Below are positions 13,149-24,100 of a DNA stretch of 64,000 nt, one piece after another (position 1 is the stretch's first letter; each line of letters starts with the position of its first letter). Under the pieces are notes generated by a model. It ran no database searches and was not told the origin of the DNA. It worked only from the letters and a program-made list of their open reading frames with translations. Source of the stretch: Felis catus (Eukaryota). The DNA is taken from the NCBI RefSeq assembly GCF_018350175.1, contig NC_058368.1, positions 5,828,001 to 5,892,000 of the forward strand. Reading direction: 5' to 3'. The position numbers and the translations under genes are program-made.

Positions 13149-14152
13149 TGTGCAATATTGTGATTTATAAGAAGTATGTATTTGGTCAAGATGGTCATGT
13201 GAATGACCAACGTATATTTCTCATATATATTCATTTGGTCTTTGTCCATGGTTCCTGGCCCACAGCAACCAAAACCCTTGGGATTCCCTGAGTGATAAGA
13301 GCAATGAGAACGTCTTTTGTTTTATTATTCAGTGTCTTGTCATCAGTTCCTGAAAATGCTTTAGACCCTTAGAGGCGAAATGCTGTCTTTTTATTCCTAA
13401 TAAATCCCTTTCTATCACAATTGGGTTTATGTTAATGAAGTTACTTTTAGAAAGCACCTAAGGACGGGGCCTGGTTGCCAGGGGAACCAACAATAAATAG
13501 AGGGTTAGAACTTTGAGTCTCACCTACCCCTTTCTGAGGAGGGGGAAGGAGTGGAGTTGAATCAGTTACCAATGGCCAGTAATTTAATCAATCATGCCTT
13601 TATGTAATGAAGCCTCCGTATAAATCCAAATGAAAGGTTTTGGAGAACTTCTGGGCTGGTGAACCAGAATGTTTCCATGTGTTAACATGCTGGGCCCAAA
13701 CTCCACTGAGACAGAAACTGCTTTGTTTGGGACCTTGCCCTGTGTATTTCTTCATCTGGCTGTTGAATCATATTCTTTCATATTATTTAATATCCTTTGT
13801 AATAAATTGGTAATCTAATGAGTAGATGGGTATTCTGAGTTCTATGAGCTGCTCTAGCTAATTAATTGAACCCAAGAAGGGTGTCATGGGAACCTTTGAT
13901 TTATAACCAGTTGGTTAGAAGCACGGGTGATATTCTGGACTTGGGATTGGCATCTGAAGTGTGTATGTGTAGGGAGGGGCAGTCTTGTGGGGCCGAGTCC
14001 TTAACTTGTGGGATCTGATGCCATCTTCCAGGTAGATAGTGTCAGAATCGAGTTGAATTATAGGACACCTGGCTGGTATCTGAGAATTCTTTGGATGTAT
14101 AGGGAAAAAAGCTCTCCCACATCTCAGAATTAGTGACCCAGAATCATTAACA
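13149..14152 (+). mobile_element. solo LTR, MER21-like
   Basis: tg...atattgtgatttataagaag...atttggtc...ggttcctgg...aaaacccttgg start, internal aataaa at about 13801, ccaggtagatagtgtcagaatcgagttgaatt, ends ...ca. Confidence 0.8.
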
Positions 14153-14737
14153 GGCGTGGGATTTCCAGCCTCCTCAAGGGTTTCAGTTTCCCATAACTGA
14201 CTCAAAAGCCTCATAAAGTGACCAAAATAAACCATTTGTTTTAGTGGTGACCTGTGTGGGAAGACGACAGAAGAACAGAGGGGTGTCCCGATGCTGTGCA
14301 CTGTATGAAACCCTGGAAAGTTGGTAGACGCCTGAGGCACAGTCCCAAGAATGATTGTGGTTGAATTTCCTACTAAGTCCTAATGTAATGGACATTACAT
14401 TCAGTGTACAGAAAATGGGATATGTTGATTCCTGCACACTGATTTTGAAGCCTGAGATTAGGGTATTTTCCACCTGTTTGAATTCATTGAAATCAAGAGT
14501 ACCGTGCAGATATTGTACAAGTAAAATATGATTCAAAGTGACAGGACGTCCTACTTAGAAAAATATTTTATATTCTGCCTTTATACGCTCCACCTTAGTC
14601 TGTGAGTTTTCAAAGTACAGAGTTTGTGGGTGACTCGTTTGCAGTTAAGTAAGGGAGGCTTATTCATCATGACATTCTTTACCTTTTCTCCCAAAACAAC
14701 TTATACCAGAGCTTAAGTTTTGGTGAAACAGAATGCT

Positions 14738-14743
14738 TTTAAT
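14738..14743 (-). terminator. candidate polyadenylation signal ATTAAA for the ATP8A2-like gene
   Basis: First AATAAA/ATTAAA-type hexamer I found on the minus strand after the stop, about 275 nt downstream. Confidence 0.35.
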
Positions 14744-15018
14744 TTTATACTTCAGACTGAACTGATCATCTCACAACCACAAAAAAGTAAACAAGTTAGG
14801 TGAAACATTGAACGCAAATTTTAAAAAAAGCAAATAGGCTTCCCCCATTATTTATATCCAAGGATTGTGACTCTGTCGATACATAAATAACAAATTGGCC
14901 AGAGCCACAAGAAATGAGCATTTGGGGGCGTTGGCACGTTCCACGGTCTCGGGGAAGGACACGAGAACACAGGATGTGGTCCAAACCTCACTCGTAGCTG
15001 GACTCAGAAGAGATCGGA

Positions 15019-15119
15019 CTATAAGCTCTTACTGGTTTTGATTTTAGTAGCGTCATAAGAACGGATGAGTTCTTCCTGAGTAATCACACCTTGTTCTAGC
15101 TGAGAAAATGCGTACCCAC
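15019..15119 (-). CDS. ATP8A2-like terminal coding exon [32 protein letters not shown]
   Basis: ctttactctttcag|GTGGGTAC; GYAFSQ...QEE.IR.YD.TK is the ATP8A1/ATP8A2 C-terminal signature; TAG at 15019-15021. Confidence 0.93.
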
Positions 15120-18100
15120 CTGAAAGAGTAAAGCACAGAGGAATCTGTTAGGAGCACTAACAGGGAACATTCTGTTGACAGAAAGCAAGACTCCTACCAG
15201 ACTGGGCCTCATCGGCCACATCAGGCAGGCCCGTGACGGAGGCGGGAAAAGTGGTGAGGTGGTGAGGGATGGTAATGGAGCGGCTTGCAAATTTGGCTGT
15301 ATTAACATACCCACTCCTGGGGCCACGACTGAAAGAAGGAAAGTGATTTATGTCCACGTGGCACCGGATTAACTGAAATTGCTCCCGCGTGGAAGGAAAG
15401 ACAGGTGGTCCCAGCCTTCCCTGCACAGTGTAAGCGCCTGGGAGCTGGTGAAATCCCAGGATCCGGCACCGACACCGGACCAGTGCTTCTCAGGTGTGCA
15501 CCAGAATTCCCGTGGTGACCACCGGCCCCACGTCCAGAGCGTCTGGTTTCACGAGTCTGCCGCGGGGCTCGAGAACCGATCCTTCTGACAACTGCCCAGC
15601 CGAAGCGCCTGCCGCGGGCCTAAGTGCCGGGCATGGAGCCTCGCCGTTTGGGCCGATTTAACCCCAAGCTGTGGGTGGACACTGTTACCAGTAGCTTCCA
15701 ACCCCTGGGGGTTTCCTTCCTCCTCTTTCCTTCCCGCTCGAACTCCATCACAACCTCAAGGTGGAAGTTTGCCCCTTTTTTTTTTTTTCTGTTTTCCCCT
15801 GTTTTTATTCTTGACCTGAGACTTGCAGAGAGCAGGAGGATCTGAAAAGAATGCTTCAGATTTGGCCTGAAAGTATATTTCTGCTTGCTTCTGACAAGAC
15901 TCGTGTACAGAGAGGACCTTTTGTGAGCTGAAGTGGCCGCTTACCTCATTCAAAGCTCTGGGTGGTGTTTTAGAATTTTCTTTTGTACGCTAGTGATCTG
16001 TTGTGATTTTTTGGACTCATTCTAAACATTTAAACCTAATTTTCCTAAAAAAGGTCCCCCAAACTATATAAAGATCTGGCCTCAGAGAAGCAGGATCTGC
16101 TGCTACACCAGAGTTAAATGGTGTCTTTTTGGAAACCGGGCCTGGTTTTCCTTTCAGCAGTGTTCCCAGGGAGGAGTGAGGGCTGAAGAGGGACAGCAGG
16201 GACCGTGACCCTCCACCTGCCCAGCCCGCACCCCTCAGCTTGACAGAGATGCGCCATCAGGTCAGCAGCTCAGTCTGACGAACCTTTACCTTCCGTTTGC
16301 ATCCAAACGGGGAGCTCAGAGGAAGCCTCCAGCTCTTGGCGTCTCCCACTTTTGTCCGTCCTGACAGACGGAAAGTAACAACGGGGCCCTGGATGGACCC
16401 CACGCCTGAGCTTCCCCTGGCTGGCTTCCCAGTGCACCTGCTTCCTAGATGCTCAGCCACAGCCAGAGTCCAAGCATAGAGGAAGGGATGTAGAGGCGAA
16501 GCATGAGGGAATTTTCAAGTCATTTTTTTCTTCACCTGGTCAAACGTTTAGCAGATCTCAGAGTCGACTGTGTCATTTCTCATTATTTTGGCATAATTGT
16601 CTTGTTTAATGCACTTCATTAGAAATTGAGGAGTCTGATCAAATCTTAAAGCCAGAATTTTCTGGCTCATGAAAGAGTTGTTAATTGCAATTAACAAAGA
16701 ACTTCCCCCTCTATTTCTTATTTGAGGAGCTCAGAGCACTCTACAAATTCAAGCTAATATTAATAATATTTTGGTGTACAGCAGAAAAATATACAGGACC
16801 CCCAAACCCACAAACTGCCTGAGGGACTTCAAGCAATAAAAGATAATGTTGCAGAAAAAACACCTTAGAGGCTCTTATAATCCTGTAAGATTTCTAACCT
16901 TTCAATAACATTCTCTGTTTTAATATTTTTAAAAAGTGGGTCATGAAAATACAATGTTTTTAAAAGTAACTGAAATATATTTTTCAGTTTCTCATATACA
17001 TTCAGTCAGTGATATTTTCAGGACATTCGTATTGGTTTTGTAGTGGTTTTAGGACAATGTGATTACTGTGTAAAACATTTACCATCTATTTGAGTCCAGA
17101 TACACGTGTCCGTTAACACTCCATACTACCTGTCATGACCCCAGTAGCATGAAATGCCAAAAAGGTAGAGACCGTGCAGCTCAGGGACGGTGACTAATAT
17201 GCCTAGAGTCCCACAGCAAGTCACGAGGCAGAACTGGGATGTAGCTGCCCATCTGTCTGGTTTCCGTGTCTCTTCTCTGGAGCTCGACAGGGTGGCACTT
17301 TGGAGTGAGACAGACTGAGGCTCCAATCTGGCTTCTGCCCATTTCTAGAGATAGAATCTAAGGCAAGGGACAAATTTGCCGAACCATTTCCTTCTCTGCA
17401 AAGTGAGGATTCATCCAGTTAACCTGCCATTCGACAAGGATTTAATAACTGTCTCCACATGGTGGCTCCAAATATTCAGTGCAGTGAAGCCCGAGTATTT
17501 AACAGTGGCCCAAATCAGTTTTATGTGCTCCATGAATATGGGTTCCATTTTGGCCATGTTCATAGTTGACGTCGGACAGATGGAAGAAGGAATGGCGATT
17601 TGTTAATTCTGCTTGGAGACTCTTCATTAGTCAATTAGTCCATTCATTCAATGAGATTTGTATAGCGTGTCTACTATGTACATGCATTCTTGGAATGAGT
17701 TAGTAAAGCAAAAATCCTTCTTGTTATGGAGCTTACCTTCTAGCAATAGAGATACATAAATAAGTACATAATAAGCACGTAACATAAAGTTAATCGTATG
17801 GTCCCAAGAATGTACTAAAGAGCTGTGGACAACAGAAAAAGTACTTGGACAAAAGCTTGAAGGAAGTGGGAGAATGAGTGACACAGATAACATGAGGGAT
17901 TTGCTTTCTAGGCATAAGTGTGGGCCGGTTCAAAGGCCCTGAGGAGAGAGCATTCCTGATACGTTGTGAGGAGAGCACAGAGGATGGAGTGGAGTGAAGG
18001 AGGAAGAAGATTAGGTGACACTAGGAAAGCGACGGGGTCCAGACCGAGTGGGTCTTTTTTGACGTTGAATCTGATAGCCATTGCGGGATTTCAAGCAGAA

Positions 18101-21100
18101 AACTCATGTGCTCGTGCTGACGTAATTTTAAATGCGTCACTTCGGCTACCGTGTAAGGGTCCCGGGTAGAGGCAGGAGATGGGTCAAGAGGTTGTTGAGG
18201 CAGTGCCGGTGGGTGATGGTGGTCCAGACCCGGGTGCCAACGGGGGTGTGCGTGGCAAGCGGTCGGTCTCTGAGCACAGTGTGACGGCAGAGCCATCCGC
18301 TACGTTAGAGGAATTAAGAACGACTGAAAGGATCGTGGCCCGAACAGTCGGAAGCATGCGGCTGTCTTCAAGCGAAGGCGGCAGACGGGGCCGGCTGGGG
18401 GGGAGAGGAAGCCAGGGGCGGTTTTGGACATCACTGGTGGCCTTGACTGGAGGCGTGTCAGTGGCGTGGTAGGAGTGAAGGCTTACTGGAGCGGGTTCAA
18501 GAGAGACTGGGAGGAGGGGGTCTGGAGACCCCGGGGACGAACGATTTGATCCGGAGCCGTTGCTGCAAAGGAGTGTGACGGAATGGGGCGCACTCTAATG
18601 GGTGACGTGGGGTCCAGAGGAGGTTCTGCTTGGTGAGACCACCTTCTGGAGGCTGGTAGAACGATGTAACAGAGGAGCGTGGGAAAGTGGTGACGTAGAA
18701 GGTAAATGAAGGAGCAGCCGGGGCGAGGCGCTCGGGCGTGCAGGAGCAGACGGAGTCAGAGGCAGGCGCACGGGAGGGAGAGCCAGTCTGTGCAAACAAG
18801 CGGGAAGGCAGAGCACGTGGCAGGTGAGGTGGTGGCGGGAACCCCCGCAGGTTCATTTCTGGTGCGTTTTTCTCAGGGATGGAGAAGTCAAGGCCCTCGG
18901 TTGGGAAAGAGGACGGGAGGGATGTCACCCAAATTTTTAAGACCTCTGCCATCCTTTGTTTTCTTGTCCTCGTTCATTTTTTTTCTTTTTCTTGTTTTTA
19001 CCTTTGGTTCCCTTTCAGCTGCTGTTTCCTAAGTGTCTCTAGGGTGAGGGGAAGGCAAAGTGGTGGGCACAGGACAGGAAGAGGAAGTAATGCGTGTGTG
19101 TGCAAAAGAGAAATAGCAGTCAATCCAGAGACACACAAATCTGTGATATAAAAAATAGACAATAAGGGGCACATGGGTGGCTCGGTCTGATAAGCGTCCA
19201 GCTCTTGGTTTCGGCTCAGGTCATGATCTCTCGGTTCGTGGGATCGAGTCCCACGTCAGGCTCTGTGCTGATGGTGCAGAGTCTGCTTGGGATTCTCTCT
19301 CTCCCTCGCTCTCTGCCCCCACGCAGCTAATGTTCTGTTTCTCTATGTCTCTCTCTCTCTCAAAATAAACAAGCTTAAAAAAATAGACAATAGAATTTTA
19401 AAATCCTACAACTTTCAACAAATACGTTGGTCGGAAAGGAGGGACAGTTAGTCTCCACAAACACCACATGTTCCTTTATTTGTATCGCCTTTTTGTTTGA
19501 CTTGTTCTCAGGATCGTACTCAGCACTCACGTTACCAGACATGAGTCACATGGGACCTAAACATTTCATCTAGGCACTTCTTGGACACATTCCTTTTTGA
19601 AGGAAGGGAAAATGAAATAACTTTTAAAGGTTTTCATGCCCAATGTGGGCTATGTTAACATCACACCCCCAATAAGGGTATGTAAGTTTTCTAAGGGTAT
19701 AAATTATTTGGAGCCAAGTACTACTTTTCCATTTAAAATGGTAGGCTGGGAATCTGTCAGAAGATCTTGCAAACGTGAGGATGTTAGATTTGAGGATGTT
19801 ATCATGGAGTGGGAGACCGGGAATTACTCTTTCAGACCACACTTGCTTTAGGCCAAGAACATTAATTTCATGAATCCAATGGAGCCCTCCTTCTGTGTGA
19901 GAACTACCTTACCTTCTAAAAAATATGTAATACTACAGGTAGTTTCCTTTTTTAAAAAAATTGTGGTAAAATACATGTAACGTAACACTTACCATCTTAA
20001 TGAAGTTTAAGGGTACAATCCAGGGGCAGTAAGTACATTCACAGTGCTGTGGAACCATCACCAGCATCTGTCTACGGACCTCTTTCCACCTTCCCAAACT
20101 GAAACTCCATACCCATTAAACACTGAGTCCCCATTCTCCCATCCCCGGGCCCCTATTAACCCCCAGTCTCCTTTCTGTCTCTATGGGTTTGAGGACTCTA
20201 AGCACCTCATAGCAGTGGGGCCATACGGTGCTTGTCTTTTTGGGTCTGGCTCCTTTCACTTGGCATAATCTCATCGAGAAGCACCTAACGTTGAATTACT
20301 CCTCCTCCTCGTCCGTAGGTGGAGTCTCAGCTTTGCGGCCTACTTTACGGCACCGATACTCACGTGGGGCGCTTCGATCAACAGATTCATCCTGGAAGAC
20401 CACCTTGTGCAGCTGGCTGGACAGAGGCAGTTGGAGGTGTTCTGTCTTCACGCTGTGAGTAAACCAATCATAACCTGGCTTTAGTTCATCGGAAAGTGAA
20501 ACAGAACAAAACAAAACAAGTGACGAGGTAAAAGAAAAGAGTCTTCCTCACGTTTCAGAGGGTGTTCATATAGTTCAACTAAAGTTGAAAATTGATACTA
20601 TCTAGACACTCAACAAAGTGCTTCTTCTAAAATAGGGTTGTGCTTGTGAACGTTTCTTTATTATACGGCTCTCCTAACTGTCCTTCACCGGTAGTTGAAC
20701 TGAACGACCAATGTCTGGTCAGTCTTCTGGCCTCCCAGAGCACCTTAGAGATTTTATAATGTGTATTTTAAAAATCTTTGTCTCAACTTCCTGTTCTAAT
20801 GGCAAAGCCATAACTTACGCTGGGTCAAGACTCTGAACCATGTCTGTCGGGAAGGGTCAACTCTAGCAAAAGAGCTACCTTCTCCAGTTCCCAAGGCTTA
20901 TCGTGACACTACACCAGAAGCCCCAAGTTCAATACTTTCTAAATTCCACAGAGTGGGTAAGCATAGCAGCATAATTAGAGAAGTCCATGGTTTTTTCTTT
21001 TTTTTTTTTTTTTTTCCTCTACAAGCTGAAAGATGGGGTTAAAAAAATACCCAGGTGGCCTAACCTAATCTGCTTTCTCACTCCTAAGATGTCACTAGGC

Positions 21101-24100
21101 CATACTGGGGCCTTCTGCTGTTTTGGGACTTACCATGTATCCTGACATTTGCAGGGACTTGAGGGGCTCACACCCTGCGTGATAAACCGTAGCTGCTTTC
21201 GACAGCCGTAAGGGCGCTCTGATACCGTGTCCTCCTGCGGGAAGAGGGTCTTCCCTAGAGCCAGCTTCCCCTTCGTGGCTCAGAGGAAGCTTTCGAGGGA
21301 TGCCTGAAGAAGCAGCTCCCGGGGCGGTGCGGCTCAAAGGTTATTGCACGACGGGGGTGGCCTTTGGAATAGCTGGCTACTGGCTTCCCCCTCTGAATTC
21401 CCCTCTAGAATGAAGGCTACCCACTGATAATGTCCTGAACCAGATTTTTTTTTAACTTAAAAAAAAAGTAGGATTTTACTTTTGCTCATATATCTAGGAG
21501 CTGAAGAGCATTTGGCTCCGGGCTTTCCAGAATCCATTTACTCATTTGCATTCCCTCCTCTCCCTCTCTCTCCTCTCTCTCCTTCCCTCCTTTTTCCTTT
21601 CCCTCTCTGTCTATGCTAAATTTGACACAGATAAAACATTTACATGGTTAAAAATTGGAAGAGAAAATATGAAAAGTAGAGAATAAACATTGTTTTCCTT
21701 TCCCCATCTTCCTGGTTCCTCACTGGTAATCTGTTCTTTACTGGTAATCGCTCGAAGTGCTTTCTTAGCTAATTTTGCAGAGGTGCTTTCTAAGAAAAAG
21801 TGCTCATATATTATTATCCCTGCCCTTTGCACTAAAGGTTGAATATTGTACACGGCGTCTGACATTTGACTTTTTCGGCTAATACATCCTAGAATCGTTT
21901 GCATCTCAGTACCCAGGGAGCTCCCTAACTCCTTTTCACAGCTAGAGAGTATGTTAGCATGACAATGTGCCACAGGTATGGTTGTTCCTAAGTGTTTGCT
22001 GTTCCAAATACTGTGGTGGTCCCTACCACTGGGACCTGTGTGAGTATTCTGAGGATGGGAGGGAATGGTATGTTCCCAGAAATGGAATTACCGAGTCAAA
22101 GGCCATATGCAATTATATTTCTGATAGATATTGCCGAAGTAACTGCCATAATTCTTTACTTTCCCATACTTTCACTAACCAAGGGTGGCCAATGATGATG
22201 GATGAAAAATATCCTTCCTGTGTACTTAGGATTTTCATTTCTTATTATGAGTAAAGTTGAGAATATTTTAATGAGATTAAGAATCTTTAGTATTTCCTTT
22301 TATTTCCTTTTCTGTGAACTGTACTTTGCTTATTTTTCTATTGCTTGGGGGTGGTTGATCTTACTGATTTCTAGAAACAGTTTATCTATTGGGGAGGTTA
22401 GCCCTATGTTATGTGAGCTTTCTTTTTGCACATTTATATCGTATTTATCGTTTTGGTTTGGTTTCTTACTGAGATTGATTTTGCATGTGATAAAATGCAC
22501 AGATCTTAAAAGTACAGTGTAATGAATTTTAACAAAGGTATTTACCTAGGTATCAATCTCCCAGCTCTATTTTTTATATCAGTTACTATACTGTTTTGAT
22601 TGCTATAGCAATATATATATTAGCTTTAGAAGAGAATGTAATAGTGTAATAGCTTTGTAATATAGTTTGAAATCAAAAAGTGTGATGCCTCCAGCTTTGT
22701 TCTTTCCCAAGATTGCTTTGGTTATGTGGGGTTTCATGCAAAGTTTAGGATTTTTTTCTATTTATTTTCTTCTATTTATTTTTTATTTTTTTCTATTACA
22801 ACGTCATTAGAATTTTGATAGGGAGTGCATTCAGTCTATAGATGACATTGGGTAGTATGCACATTTTAATGTTAACTCTTCTGATCCATGAATGCAGGAT
22901 ATCTTTCCATTTATTTGTGCCCTCTTCAATGTCTTTCATCAGTGTGTTACAGCTTTTGTTATTTAGGTCTTTCACTTCCTTGGTTAAATTTTTCCTATGT
23001 ATTTTATTGTTTTTGATGCAGTTGTAAATGGGATTGTCTTCTTTATTTTCAGAGAGTTTACTGTTAGAAATGCAGCTGATTTTTGCATCTTGGTTTTATA
23101 TCCTGCAACTTTCCTGAATTTTTTTATTCTAACAGTATTTTGGTGGATTCTTAAGGATTTTCTATCTGCAAGCTCATATCATCAGCAAATAGAGATAATT
23201 TTACCTCTTCCTTTCCAATTTGCATGCTTTTTTTTTCTTGCCTAATTGCTCTGTCTAGGACTTTCAGTGCAGTATTGAATAGGAGTGGTGAGAGTGGGCA
23301 CCTTTGCCTTTTTTTGTGATTTTAGAGGAAAAGTTTTCAACCTTTTACGACGGAGTGTGATGTTATGTGTGGGTTTGTCATATATGGCTTTTATTCTGTT
23401 GAGGTGTGTTTCTTCTATACCCAGTCTGTTGAGAGCTTTTATCATGAGAGAATGTTGAATTTTGTCAAGTACTTTCTCTGCATCTATTGAAACAACCATG
23501 ATTTTTGTCTTTTATTCTATTACTGTGGTATGTCACACTTATTGATTTGTGGATGTTGAACCATTTTTGCATTCCCAGAATAAATCCCACTTGATCATGA
23601 TACGTGGTCATTTTAACGTACTATTGAATTTAGGTTAGCTAGTATGTACTGAAAATTTTTGTATTTATATTCAACAGGGATATTGGCCTGTAGTTCTCTT
23701 GTAGTATCCTTACCTGGCTTTGGTATCAGGGTAATGCTGGCCTGGTAAAAGGAGTTTGGAAGTGCTCCTTCCACTTCTATTTTTTGAAGAGTTTGAAAGG
23801 GATTGGTAAATGTTCTGTAGATTTCACCAATGAAGCCACCTAGTCCTGGACTTTTATTTGTGGGAGGTGTGTCATTACTGATTGAATTGCCTTGTTTGGG
23901 TCTATTCACATTTTCTCCATTTTTTAAAAGTGAGATATAATTGACTTATAACGTTTCATTTCAAGTGTACAACATAATGATACGTATAATCACCACAAGT
24001 CTAGTTAGCATCCATCACCATGCATAGGTACAATTGTTTTTTCTAGTGATGAGGACTTTTAAGCTCTCTCTTAGTATTTTTAAATATACAAAGTAGTAAT

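Noticed and set aside
13915..14536. 141-aa and 117-aa minus-strand ORFs downstream of the stop
   Set aside because: One runs into the LTR; neither shows a recognisable domain, and the real CDS ends at 15019.
21134..21303. Exon-like segment with a strong ATG|gtaagt donor (acceptors at 21234 or 21303)
   Set aside because: Both versions hit an in-frame stop after the phase-2 upstream exon and show no ATP8A similarity; at most a poison or cryptic exon.
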